Shown here: positions 9,645-19,275 of the stretch, piece by piece
How the letters are laid out: every line of letters starts with the position of its first letter
Position numbering within the stretch: the stretch's first letter is position 1
Source: Candidatus Iainarchaeum sp.
Lineage (GTDB): Archaea; B1Sed10-29; WALL01; JAGHAM01
Direction: 5' to 3'
NCBI GenBank assembly: GCA_021161465.1
Contig: JAGHAM010000023.1
Location: 8,895-72,894 of the forward strand
DNA: 64,000 nt
Translations under genes and position numbers: made by a program
The notes under the pieces: model-generated
Told to the model about the DNA's origin: nothing
What the model saw: the letters and a program-made list of their open reading frames with translations, nothing else
Database searches by the model: none

Positions 9645-11870
9645 ATGCGTGCATGGGTACCTATTGCAATTCTTTTGCTTATCGCTGCAGGTAGCGTTCT
9701 GGTTCTCAACGAAGTTTTTAGTCCAAATCCAACCGGGCTTGCTGGGCTTTACCTTGGAGGCGACACTCACCAAGGGGAAGTAAACATAACCGCCAGAGTG
9801 ATCAAAGATACAAGTGAACCCCTAATCAATGCAAGAGTTGATGGGGATAATATAATAATCACAGTATGTGACCCAGAACTTCCAGATGGTTTTCCAGGTG
9901 TTGGAATTGGACCAAACCCGGATATAACGGTATACATAGATGGCAATAAGATAGAAAACTTAGTGCTTGGTGAAGATGAACAAGAGTACATCATATATGA
10001 TTTTGTTGAATATCTCTCCACTATGAATCAACATAGCTTGATGGTCACGGTTTCAGATTCACTTGGAAATGAAAGAAGCATAACCGGTTCAATAAAAGAA
10101 AAATCGGGATACAGGAAACATACATTTTATGAGAGCTCAGGAAGCATATACGACTCATTAATGACGACGAATGAAGAACTCATTATTAGGACACATAAAA
10201 AACTAAAAGCTGATAAGATTGCGCTTTGTGTTGGTAGATCATATCTCCATATCCCCGTTCTCTCTTGTGATGATAAGAGTTACGTCAGAGCATACGTGGA
10301 TAAAGGTAATAACGAATGGATTAGAGTAGACTCTCCATTCAGTAGATTATGTTGCTGTCCAGATCTCAAGTGCGGATGCGCATTCGACCCTGGGACTTAT
10401 TTTGGATGGGTCTATCCTAAATGCAACACCTTTGATTATGCTGGCAATGTAACAGGATTTAAGGCATCTGTGAAAACTGGAATATTCCAATCAGACCCAG
10501 GTATCTGGTATTTTAAGGCTGTGGTCCTCTCTAAAGGATATGAAATCACAGGATTTGACAAAGATCTTTCAACCTGTGGAGGCCATTTTAAAGGACTTTT
10601 AGAATGCAAAGAAAAAAATGAAGGCGATTCATGCTCTGATGGGAGGGGTATCTGCTGCAATGGAGAATGTATTACTCCAGACTGCTCATCAGACAGTGAC
10701 TGCGGAACCAGTGATGAATGTACAACTTATGAATGTATGAACCCCGGAACGTGTGAAGCAAAATGTGAAAAGATTGTTGAGGATGATTGTGAAAACTGTG
10801 CCAAATCAGGGGAAGACTGTTCTAATGATATGCCATGTTGCATCTCGTCTGGGTTAACCTGTTGTGATAGCGGTCCAAATGCTGGGAAGTGTATGACCGA
10901 TTGTGGTGGAACTACTGGAACCCACACTTGCTGGAAGTGCGATGGAACCACTGCAAAAAGTATCTCTTGCTCAGCTAGTGATTCTTGTGGAACAGGTGAT
11001 TGCAGTGGTTATTCTCTCAGTTCAAGACCTACATGTGGAACTGACGAGCCTACATGTGAAATAGTAACCAGCGGAAATCCAGATGATGATATAGGTCTAT
11101 GGCTTGAAGACTGGCACTTTGCCAAATATTCAGAGGCAACTGCTGATAAGACAAGGGGGGAGTTCCAGGTTGTAGCATCCGCACCTTCTGGTAAAACCTT
11201 AGATAGAATCGCTTGCACAAGGGAGGGTGGGTTAGCAGATTTACTCCCCATAACTAAATCTGTTTCAGGACAGACAGCAACAGCAAATTTCAATGTGTGG
11301 GAAGTTGTTGGGGATGACTTCAGTGGTGAGGATAATATAGTCTGTCAGGTGTATACCTCAGATGATAGTCGGGGTATCTGCACCTCTCCACAAAAGGTGA
11401 AATTCACCCAATTTGACGATTGTAAACTGAATTATGCTATACCTGACCAGAGTTGTGTTGTTGAGATTTCAAAAGATATATCTGATATTGACTCCTCTCT
11501 ATCGGAAATAGAATTGAAGAGGTTCCATGCTCAGATCAAATCCTGCAGTTCTCATGAGGAGTATAACTGCCATGAGAGATTTTATTTAGGGTATTCGGGC
11601 TCTGAAACTAAATATTGCGATGGAGAATACGCAACACACATTAGTATGGGACTTTCGATATGTGATTGGTATCACAAGTACGGGCCAGACCACTACGGTT
11701 TCAAACCTATGCGGGTAGATTCATTTAAATGGTACAATAGTTGCCAGGTGTATACCTATGGACATGATTGGGTTGATCTTTATTTGAACTTAGATGGTTG
11801 CCAAGATTATGACGGATGGTCGGATGAAAGCAAATGTGACTTCTATAAGGCAAACGATTGTGCGACCTAG
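9645..11870 (+). CDS. secreted cysteine-rich protein (hypothetical)
   Basis: 741 aa. Signal-anchor N-terminus (MRAWVPIAILLLIAAGSVLVLNEVF). A central block is extremely Cys-rich (CSDGRGICCNGECITPDCSSDSDCGTSDECTTYECMNPGTCEAKCEKIVEDDCENC...). A TTTTTATAC box sits about 20 nt upstream of the ATG. Confidence 0.6.
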   Translation: MRAWVPIAILLLIAAGSVLVLNEVFSPNPTGLAGLYLGGDTHQGEVNITARVIKDTSEPLINARVDGDNIIITVCDPELPDGFPGVGIGPNPDITVYIDGNKIENLVLGEDEQEYIIYDFVEYLSTMNQHSLMVTVSDSLGNERSITGSIKEKSGYRKHTFYESSGSIYDSLMTTNEELIIRTHKKLKADKIALCVGRSYLHIPVLSCDDKSYVRAYVDKGNNEWIRVDSPFSRLCCCPDLKCGCAFDPGTYFGWVYPKCNTFDYAGNVTGFKASVKTGIFQSDPGIWYFKAVVLSKGYEITGFDKDLSTCGGHFKGLLECKEKNEGDSCSDGRGICCNGECITPDCSSDSDCGTSDECTTYECMNPGTCEAKCEKIVEDDCENCAKSGEDCSNDMPCCISSGLTCCDSGPNAGKCMTDCGGTTGTHTCWKCDGTTAKSISCSASDSCGTGDCSGYSLSSRPTCGTDEPTCEIVTSGNPDDDIGLWLEDWHFAKYSEATADKTRGEFQVVASAPSGKTLDRIACTREGGLADLLPITKSVSGQTATANFNVWEVVGDDFSGEDNIVCQVYTSDDSRGICTSPQKVKFTQFDDCKLNYAIPDQSCVVEISKDISDIDSSLSEIELKRFHAQIKSCSSHEEYNCHERFYLGYSGSETKYCDGEYATHISMGLSICDWYHKYGPDHYGFKPMRVDSFKWYNSCQVYTYGHDWVDLYLNLDGCQDYDGWSDESKCDFYKANDCAT

Positions 11871-11914
11871 CCCTCACCAATATCTATAAATAAAACCCTT
11901 GCTTCTTTCTAATC

Positions 11915-14200
11915 ATGGCTAGTGGTAAGGTTAAAGTTGTAACCAAGGGCGGAAAGCGCTACCTGACTATTGATTGCAGCGGCTCGCCTTACGGGCCAAG
12001 TATTGCTGATTATCCCCAGAGAATGGCCCAGGTCATTGAGGCTCTCACTGTAAACGACGTTGATGGAATCGTCCTAGCTGATGTTTACGAGCGCGTCTAT
12101 GACGAGAGGCAAACGCGCATGTTGAAGGAAATCGCGCGACTGGTTGTGAAGTTCAAGAAAGCTGGTGTCTGGGCACCTTCGATGCTTGGTGGGAATGCCT
12201 GCTCCAGGTTCATATCTAAAAGAAAGGGCCTTATGGTTGATATTGCAAGCAATCTGCTGCGCACTGACCCGATAAGGGCTTACATAAAGTGCCTGCAAGC
12301 CATAGATATGGAAAAAGCAAAACTTGAGATAATCCAGCCACCTTACAAGAAGTGCACCCAGAAGTACATGGAGACTCTTGAATTCGTCAGGGCCAACCTT
12401 GAAGCCACCGAGCTGATACAAAAGCTCAGAAATTATATAAAGAAGCTCAAAAGCATACCGCCAGGAAGAGGGTTTTACAGAAGCATACTCGAAGCACAGC
12501 TGAAGCCATCTTTCATAGGCTCAAGGCTTATATTTGACCTGCCGGAGGAGATAGAGCTCCTGGACCAGTATGCAGTAGGGGACACCAAAGTCAGCATCTA
12601 CAAGCACCCCGAGAGGGTGGAGGCTTTATACATACTGGACCCGCCCGAATACTCACTAACCCCTGAACAATATTTCCTTATGTCCAAAACCAAGGAGATA
12701 GTCAGTGGGTATCACCCAGAAGGCCTGGAATTCACAGACCTTGCAACCAACAAAGGCTACTTCAGAAAGATTTATGAAACAACTATAGCAGACCTAGCAA
12801 ATGAAAACAACATAACTGCAACCCCTGAAGAAATCGCAGAACTGGCAAGAATAGTTGTAAGATACACAATTGGCTTTGGAATGATGGGTGTTTTGCTCTC
12901 AGACGAGAAACTAACTGATGTTTACATGGATGCCCCATTAGGGTACAGACCTGTGTATGTAGTACACTCCGATCACGGGCTGTGTGAAACCAATATAATC
13001 TTCTCAGAAGAGGAAGCAGAAGGTATTATATCCCGCTTCAGGTCGATGAGTGGGAGGCCATTTGACGAAGCACACCCAATCATGGACTTCGACCTGGCTG
13101 AATACCACGCCAGAACTGCAACCATAGGGAGGCCACTTTCACCTGATGGTATTGGGTTCGCCCTGAGGATACACAAGTCTACCCCATGGACGCTCCCACA
13201 GTTCATAGACGTTAAAATGCTTACGCCAGAAGTGGCAGGGCTGCTTTCCTTCCTGATTGACTCACAAGCCTCAACACTTGTGGTCGGTAGCAGGGGCGCT
13301 GGCAAAACTTCAATGCTGATGGCCCTCATGCTGGAAATCCTGCGTTCGCAAAGAATCATAACTATAGAGGATACGTTAGAGCTGCCGGTTGACCACATGA
13401 GAAGTATAGGGTTTAAGGTATGCAGACTTAAAACAAGGTCAGCAATATCTGTTGGCCAGGTCACGGCAGAGGTCAGCCCAGAGGATGCACTCAGAACAGC
13501 ACTCCGTCTTGGTGAGTCAGTGTTGATAGTTGGCGAAGTTAGAAGTAAGGAAGCCTTAGTGCTTTACGAAGCCATGCGCGTTGGCGCGATTGGAAACGTC
13601 GTCATGGGCACCATCCACGGAGAGAACGCTTACTCTGTTTGGGATAGGGTTGTAAATGACCTTGGGGTACCAAACACATCATTCAAGGCAACAGATATGT
13701 GTGTCACATGCGCGCCCATCAGGTTCAAAGGTTCACTAAAACGGGATAGAAGGCTAATTGAGGTCACAGAGATAGGTAAAGATTGGTATGAAGACCCAAA
13801 GAAAGAAGGCGGGCTAATCGACCTGGTAACCTACGATGCTGGCACTGACACGCATAAGATACATAAGGACAACATACTTAATAACTCGCATTTCTTTAAG
13901 CGGACCGTCAAACTAAGAGGCCTTGATATGGAAGAGATATGGAACGACATAGTGTACAGAGGGAAGGTAAAGGCTACATTGGTTGATTTCAAGAACAAGT
14001 ACAACCTCCCCGAGCTGCTTGAGTCTGAAAACACAGTGGAAGCAAATGATATGTATCTGCTTATGCAGGAGAGGAGCAGGCAGGAGGTTGGCGCTGTTGA
14101 ATACGCAAAGGTCTTTGACAAGTGGAAGAAATGGGTTGGGGAAACCATGGTGAAAGGCTTGCTGGCAAGGAGGAAGAGCAGTGAGGAAGCAAAAGGATAA
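11915..14200 (+). CDS. type IV pilus/archaellum-type secretion ATPase (FlaI/TadA/VirB11 superfamily) with a long N-terminal extension
   Basis: Walker A VVGSRGAGKTSMLMAL, Asp box IITIEDTLEL, Walker B/His box GEVRSKEALVLYEAMRVGAIGNVVMGTIHGEN. At 761 aa it is roughly 200 aa longer than typical FlaI. A TATAAATA box sits about 25 nt upstream. Confidence 0.85.
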   Translation: MASGKVKVVTKGGKRYLTIDCSGSPYGPSIADYPQRMAQVIEALTVNDVDGIVLADVYERVYDERQTRMLKEIARLVVKFKKAGVWAPSMLGGNACSRFISKRKGLMVDIASNLLRTDPIRAYIKCLQAIDMEKAKLEIIQPPYKKCTQKYMETLEFVRANLEATELIQKLRNYIKKLKSIPPGRGFYRSILEAQLKPSFIGSRLIFDLPEEIELLDQYAVGDTKVSIYKHPERVEALYILDPPEYSLTPEQYFLMSKTKEIVSGYHPEGLEFTDLATNKGYFRKIYETTIADLANENNITATPEEIAELARIVVRYTIGFGMMGVLLSDEKLTDVYMDAPLGYRPVYVVHSDHGLCETNIIFSEEEAEGIISRFRSMSGRPFDEAHPIMDFDLAEYHARTATIGRPLSPDGIGFALRIHKSTPWTLPQFIDVKMLTPEVAGLLSFLIDSQASTLVVGSRGAGKTSMLMALMLEILRSQRIITIEDTLELPVDHMRSIGFKVCRLKTRSAISVGQVTAEVSPEDALRTALRLGESVLIVGEVRSKEALVLYEAMRVGAIGNVVMGTIHGENAYSVWDRVVNDLGVPNTSFKATDMCVTCAPIRFKGSLKRDRRLIEVTEIGKDWYEDPKKEGGLIDLVTYDAGTDTHKIHKDNILNNSHFFKRTVKLRGLDMEEIWNDIVYRGKVKATLVDFKNKYNLPELLESENTVEANDMYLLMQERSRQEVGAVEYAKVFDKWKKWVGETMVKGLLARRKSSEEAKG

Positions 14201-16271
14201 GTTCCTGGATGCCATGTACAGCGATGGCGAGGAGCTGGCAGCCGAGAAACCAAAGGAACCGCTCTACATTAAGTTCTGCAAGTACTCATACAAATACTTT
14301 GGGAAGAACGCTAAAAAAGAGCTTACAGAAAAATACAAAGTTGCACTTGCATTCCTGGACTGGGACATAGAGCCACAAGAACTTAACTCCGCACCACTAT
14401 TTGCAATGACCATTGGCATCATGCTTTCTTTTTTATGGGCACTGCTAAATTATGTGTTTTACAATTTCTTTAGGCCTATAGAACTTGGCGGGGCAACCCT
14501 GATAGGATACGCGCCTGAACTTGGTTTACCACTAATGATTTACTTGCTCCCATTTGCAGGAGCGCTTGGGCTGGGATACTACATACAGGCTTACCCCTTG
14601 AAAGCTGCTGAGAAGGAAAAGATAAAGTCCCTCAGATACATACCGGAGATAGTGAACTACATTGTGATGTCCATGAAGGTCTCACCGAATCTGGAGAGAG
14701 CTATCCGGTTTGCTGCCGAGCATGGGCATGGCAGGATTGCGAAAGATTTCAGAAAGCTGCACTATGATATACAAATAGGCAAATACAAAACCGTGGAAGA
14801 AGCTTTGGACTACCTGGCGTGGAAGTGGGGAGAGTATTCAGAAGAATTCAAGCATGCTCTAATGCTCATCCGCTCATCTGTGATGGAAATTGATGAGGGC
14901 AAGAGGAATAACTTATTGGATAAGGCTGTTGAGGATACACTAGCTGGAGTCAAAGACAAGATGGATATGTACTCACGAGCTATGCACCAGCCATCGATAT
15001 ACCTCTACTATTTTGGGGTGCTCTTGCCTCTCCTGCTGGTAATAATCATCCCAGTTGGGTCAATGATGGCAGCAGACACTATGGGCTTCCTTGCAACCCC
15101 TGCTGCCATGATTTTGATGTATAACATAGCGATACCCGCAGTGTCCCTACTGCTTGCGAAATCGATACTTGAGAAAAAGCCCCCCACCCGACCAGTGCCG
15201 AAGATTCCTGATAACCTGCCTGGCTTACCAAAAAAGGGCTGGTTTAGTATAGGCAGTTACCAGCTTCCAATAGGTCTTATAAGCCTTGGTATACTGGCTT
15301 CGCTTGTCATAGCTGGCTTCGCGCTTGAGCCAGTCCTAAACCCAAAGCCGCCTGCGTACATGACTGCTGGAAGAGATGTTGAACACCTGCCAATAGTGGA
15401 GTACGCCGGAATTGCACTTGGCTTTGTCTGGGCAGCCTCATTTTACATCTGGGCAAGCAACAAGGATAAGAGGAAAGCCCAGCTGGAGCTGATTAGGATG
15501 GAAGACGAGTTCCAGGACACCCTCTACGTTTTAGCCTCCCGACTTGGTGAGGGAAAACCAATGGAAGAAGCCTTAAAGCACTCGGCTGAGTTCCTGCCAA
15601 ACTCGCCAACAACTAAGAAGATATTCATACCGACACTTCAGAACGTAACTGTGATGGGAATGACCTTAAAGATGGCCCTTTTTGACAAGGCCTATGGCTC
15701 GCTGAAATATATTCCATCGGATTTTATCAGAGGGACCATGAGAATAGTGGTTGAATCGCTGACTCTTGGTGTACAGACAGCAGCGCGTTCACTGGTTTCA
15801 CTTTCGCTCCAGTTGCAGGACTCGCAAAAGGTGGAAAGGTCATTAAGGGCCTTGCTTGAAGATATCACAAGCATGATGAGCATTATGAGCACTTTGATTG
15901 CACCTGTAGTGCTTGGGATTACCATAGCCTTGCAGAAAGTTATTTACAGCGCGCTTGGTAGTGCTGCAGGGAACAGCGCGTTAAAGAATATAAACACGGC
16001 GGGCATACCAGGCGTGGGTATGGTCTCACCAATGTTGAACATGAACATGGGGGCAAAACTCCCAGCCATAGACCAAACAATGCTCCTGGCAATAATAACA
16101 ATATACATGATTGAGATAGTCCTAGTCCTTATCTACTTCGCATCCAGCGTCACTGAGGGTGACAACAAGCTGGCTTTCAAGATAAACGCAAGCATTGCAT
16201 TGCCAATATCACTAACAATATTCTTTGCAATAGCCTTCTTCGCCACCAAACTAATTCCAGCAGGGATCTGA
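14181..16271 (+). CDS. FlaJ/TadC-like polytopic membrane platform protein of the type IV pilus system
   Basis: 696 aa. Alternating cytoplasmic domains and TM blocks. GTG start preceded by AAGGAGGAAG. The start overlaps the end of the ATPase gene by 20 nt (translational coupling). Its position directly after the ATPase is the canonical arrangement. Confidence 0.7.
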   Translation: MRKQKDKFLDAMYSDGEELAAEKPKEPLYIKFCKYSYKYFGKNAKKELTEKYKVALAFLDWDIEPQELNSAPLFAMTIGIMLSFLWALLNYVFYNFFRPIELGGATLIGYAPELGLPLMIYLLPFAGALGLGYYIQAYPLKAAEKEKIKSLRYIPEIVNYIVMSMKVSPNLERAIRFAAEHGHGRIAKDFRKLHYDIQIGKYKTVEEALDYLAWKWGEYSEEFKHALMLIRSSVMEIDEGKRNNLLDKAVEDTLAGVKDKMDMYSRAMHQPSIYLYYFGVLLPLLLVIIIPVGSMMAADTMGFLATPAAMILMYNIAIPAVSLLLAKSILEKKPPTRPVPKIPDNLPGLPKKGWFSIGSYQLPIGLISLGILASLVIAGFALEPVLNPKPPAYMTAGRDVEHLPIVEYAGIALGFVWAASFYIWASNKDKRKAQLELIRMEDEFQDTLYVLASRLGEGKPMEEALKHSAEFLPNSPTTKKIFIPTLQNVTVMGMTLKMALFDKAYGSLKYIPSDFIRGTMRIVVESLTLGVQTAARSLVSLSLQLQDSQKVERSLRALLEDITSMMSIMSTLIAPVVLGITIALQKVIYSALGSAAGNSALKNINTAGIPGVGMVSPMLNMNMGAKLPAIDQTMLLAIITIYMIEIVLVLIYFASSVTEGDNKLAFKINASIALPISLTIFFAIAFFATKLIPAGI

Positions 16272-16757
16272 ATGCAAAAGGGGCAGTACTACGCAGTGAT
16301 GAAACTACTCCAGGCTGCCGTGTTCGCTGCGGTGCTGATGCTAGTTGCTTGGGGCATAATCAGCTATATCGAAAGCTACATGGCAGGCACTGATGTCCGA
16401 AGTGTCTCCGTTGAAGTTCTTAAGAGTGCCTATGTGTCAAGGGATGCAAACCAGTCATTTACTCGAGAGGCCAAGCTTATGGGGCAAGGCTTCAGTAATG
16501 AATCCCTGAGGAATTCAGCAGGCATACCTAAAGGGACCATAATAAGAATTTTCTGTAACGAAAGCTTCTGTGAAAATCCATGCCATTACTATAGCGATAA
16601 GTCCCACTGGAACAACCATTGTGGCGACCAAGTAACACTAAAGAAAGGCGGGAAGATAAAAGTATGTGCCTCATGCAAAACATATGGAACAACAGTTAAA
16701 ACAGTTAAGTGCGGGCTCTTCCTAGATGCAGATACTTGCAACATTTACATGCCCTGA
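16272..16757 (+). CDS. pilin-like protein with class III signal peptide
   Basis: N-terminus MQKGQYYAVMKLLQAAVFAAVLMLVAWGII has a KG|Q prepilin-peptidase-type cleavage context followed by a hydrophobic helix. Cys-rich C-terminal domain. ATG directly abuts the platform gene stop. Confidence 0.55.
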   Translation: MQKGQYYAVMKLLQAAVFAAVLMLVAWGIISYIESYMAGTDVRSVSVEVLKSAYVSRDANQSFTREAKLMGQGFSNESLRNSAGIPKGTIIRIFCNESFCENPCHYYSDKSHWNNHCGDQVTLKKGGKIKVCASCKTYGTTVKTVKCGLFLDADTCNIYMP

Positions 16758-16782
16758 TTGACTCGCGACTAGAACAGTAAAC

Positions 16783-16791
16783 TATTTAAAT
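16783..16791 (+). promoter_or_regulatory. TATA-box-like element (TATTTAAAT) upstream of pilin gene 16823
   Basis: About 31 nt upstream of the ATG. The same box is duplicated at 17498..17506 upstream of the paralogous pilin 17540. Confidence 0.4.
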
Positions 16792-16822
16792 ACCAATAAT
16801 GTAGTTTTGAGTAGGTGATTTC

Positions 16823-17296
16823 ATGCTAAATGAGAGAGGTCAAGCGTTTGATGCGTTTAAGCTGCTGATAGCTGCAGTGGTTGCTGGTGCAATACTTGTT
16901 ATAATATTAGGTATGCTTCAGGGTTTCATAATACCTGTTGGACAGCCTATGAGTGTTATGACTCAGGGCATATCAACTACCTCAAAAGCCGCTGGCTCTG
17001 GAACAGTTTCTCCACAAGCAGTTAAGTTTGTAAAGGGAGATATACTTTCAACTGATGGCGTAGCCGACCAGGCTGGCGTAAACAAAAATAGAGTCTGCTT
17101 TTGCAATAGCACAACAATAGATGGTGCTAAAGCCTGCCCAGCAGGATATGTATTTGATAATGGTACATACTTCACAGTCCTTGGAAAATGTGGAGGTACC
17201 ACTGGTATGAGCATAGAAGCATTAGAGGACATTAATGGAAAGATAAGGGTATACAACAAGGAAGGGACTTTTTACATAGGTTTCAAACCAAGTTAG
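16823..17296 (+). CDS. type IV pilin-like protein (class III signal peptide), paralog A1
   Basis: MLNERGQAFDAFKLLIAAVVAGAILVIILGML has an RG|Q cleavage motif plus a hydrophobic stretch. GGTGA SD-like motif upstream, and an upstream TATTTAAAT box. Confidence 0.7.
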   Translation: MLNERGQAFDAFKLLIAAVVAGAILVIILGMLQGFIIPVGQPMSVMTQGISTTSKAAGSGTVSPQAVKFVKGDILSTDGVADQAGVNKNRVCFCNSTTIDGAKACPAGYVFDNGTYFTVLGKCGGTTGMSIEALEDINGKIRVYNKEGTFYIGFKPS

Positions 17297-17313
17297 GTTT
17301 AGAAGGTAAATAG

Positions 17314-17442
17314 ATGAACACCAAGGGAGATGTGAACTGGACACCAATATACCTGCTGATACTGGCAGCAATAGCCTTAATCCTGATAGTAAGCGTTATA
17401 AAGCCAATGTTCCAAGCGGCTGCTGGAAACATAAGCTTCTAA
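17314..17442 (+). CDS. 42-aa pilin-like mini-ORF (MNTKGDVNWTPIYLLILAAIALILIVSVIKPMFQAAAGNISF)
   Basis: Not in the supplied ORF track (under 60 aa). Has a KG motif followed by a single hydrophobic helix. Sits between two pilin genes. Confidence 0.3.
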   Translation: MNTKGDVNWTPIYLLILAAIALILIVSVIKPMFQAAAGNISF

Positions 17443-17539
17443 GGTACATGGAGCGTTGCAACCTGCGCCCAACTGCAAGTGGTTGGTAAAAGTAAAGTAT
17501 TTAAATGAAAACATTGTTATTTGCTCTAGAGGAGTTAGT

Positions 17540-17998
17540 ATGTTAAACGAGAGAGGTCAGGCGTTTGATGCGTTTAAGCTACTGATAGCTGCAGTGGTTG
17601 CAGCAGCTATACTTGCTGTTATTTATGCTATAATCATCCAAGTCCAGCCACCATTTCAACAAGCCGCACAAACAATAACAAAAGGTATCTCATCTGAGAA
17701 TATTGCTGGTGCTGGCTCATATTATGGAGATGGAAAAGTTAAGTTCAATAAAGGTAGGGTGCTATCTTCAAGTGGTCTCGCTGGAGCAGTCGGTATAAAT
17801 GAGAAGAATGTTTGTTTTTGCACTTCCACCAATCCGCCAGAGTGCCCAAGTGACTCTATATTCACGGAACCTGATTTTACAGTAACAGGAACATGTGGAA
17901 ATGGACAAACACTAAAAGCAAACGAAGAAGTATATGGTAATGTGTGGATATACAGAAACAATGACAACAGGTACATGATTGGTTTCCAGAAAAGTTGA
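17540..17998 (+). CDS. type IV pilin-like protein (class III signal peptide), paralog A2
   Basis: The ATG at 17540 gives MLNERGQAFDAFKLLIAAVVAAAIL..., whose first about 25 residues (and about 90% of their nucleotides) match the 16823 gene. GGAG SD upstream and a TATTTAAAT box about 33 nt upstream. The ORF-track start at 17456 is probably too long. Confidence 0.7.
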   Translation: MLNERGQAFDAFKLLIAAVVAAAILAVIYAIIIQVQPPFQQAAQTITKGISSENIAGAGSYYGDGKVKFNKGRVLSSSGLAGAVGINEKNVCFCTSTNPPECPSDSIFTEPDFTVTGTCGNGQTLKANEEVYGNVWIYRNNDNRYMIGFQKS

Positions 17999-18037
17999 TG
18001 ATAAACATTTATAGCCTAGTTGTTCGTTATTTTGAGT

Positions 18038-18592
18038 ATGGTGAGCTTTAAGTCTGGGCAAAGAGGTCAAGAAAGCGCGCCTTTTAATTTAATCATAGCG
18101 GGAGTTATGATTACTTTCACGATAGTAGTGCTAGGCCACTTATTGGTGAATTCAAATACTACCTTCTGCGTGGAAAAGATGCAAAGCAACGCGCAAAGCT
18201 TGGCTAGGGAGATTGAGAAAACAGCCCAGTACTCAAGGAACAACACAGAGCTCACAGTTAACCTCAATTTCCCATCATGTGGTGACATACAAATAGACAA
18301 CTTCACAATCAAAGACTCTGACCCCATACACTGCGTTAAGTACTGCCATGCCAGTAGCTGCATGCTTATGACCATAAATGGTTACACCGGTGGGAGTGCT
18401 ACCACAGTAACAGAGCCCATTTGTATAAAGGTTCCGACCAACACCACCATAAATACCACAGGATGCCAGTCGTTATTTGGAGCAGGATACAAAGATATAC
18501 CAGATAGAGCATTCAAGCCCAAAGTCTACCAGCTGTCATTGATAAAGACTATAAGCGGTGAAACCACTATACACATCTGTGACGTTGGATAG
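18038..18592 (+). CDS. pilin-like protein (class III signal peptide), paralog B1
   Basis: MVSFKSGQRGQESAPFNLIIAGVMITFTIVVL has an RG|Q motif. The C-terminal domain shares the CVKYCHASSCMLMTINGYTGG...EPICIKVP motif with the 18716 gene. Confidence 0.6.
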   Translation: MVSFKSGQRGQESAPFNLIIAGVMITFTIVVLGHLLVNSNTTFCVEKMQSNAQSLAREIEKTAQYSRNNTELTVNLNFPSCGDIQIDNFTIKDSDPIHCVKYCHASSCMLMTINGYTGGSATTVTEPICIKVPTNTTINTTGCQSLFGAGYKDIPDRAFKPKVYQLSLIKTISGETTIHICDVG

Positions 18593-18715
18593 AGATTTAA
18601 CGACATACTGCTTTCTCACGTGACTAAACTTGGCCTCACCGGGTGACCCGAACAGGTTTGGATATGACTTCAAAATTTCAAAACTTTTATAACCTAGTTC
18701 CCCGTTATTTCTGTG

Positions 18716-19267
18716 ATGAAAGCCAGGGCTGCTGGGACAAAAGGCCAAGAGGAAGCACCGTTTGCACTGTTCCTTGCAGTGGCGATGCTAGCACTGCTGC
18801 TGCCAATAGCCGCTGAGCTTTACAAGAACGCCAGCACTGCCGTCTGTGAAGAGCAGATACAAAGCAGTATGGAAACTCTGGCAAGAGATATTGAGATAGG
18901 AACAGCACTCCCAGGAAACAACACAGTCTTCAATGTTGATTTCGGATTTTTCTCGTGTGGCAACTGGATTATCAGCAACTTCACTCTTAAATCACCAGGC
19001 TCCGAAGAATGTGTCCGCAGCTGTCAAACTGCCAATTGTATGATGGTCAGAGGCAATGGATACGTTGGAGAGGAACCAACTGTGATTGGCGAACCAGTTT
19101 GTGTAAGGCTTCCTTTAGACGTAAATCTTAGAACCAGTGGTTGTACTGGTTTTGGTTACACTGGGCTACCCTCCAATACATTCAACACCACCAAATATAC
19201 GCTGGTCTTGGTGAAAAAAGAACACGGTGGCCTGACTGACTTACATCTCTGCAATTACAATAGCTAG
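18716..19267 (+). CDS. pilin-like protein (class III signal peptide), paralog B2
   Basis: MKARAAGTKGQEEAPFALFLAVAMLALLL has a KG|Q motif. The C-terminus (CVRSCQTANCMMVRGNGYVGE...EPVCVRLP) is paralogous to the 18038 gene. The upstream region (TTTTATAACCTAGTTCCCCGTTATTT) is also duplicated from the 18038 upstream. Confidence 0.6.
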   Translation: MKARAAGTKGQEEAPFALFLAVAMLALLLPIAAELYKNASTAVCEEQIQSSMETLARDIEIGTALPGNNTVFNVDFGFFSCGNWIISNFTLKSPGSEECVRSCQTANCMMVRGNGYVGEEPTVIGEPVCVRLPLDVNLRTSGCTGFGYTGLPSNTFNTTKYTLVLVKKEHGGLTDLHLCNYNS

Positions 19268-19275
19268 GTGGATAT

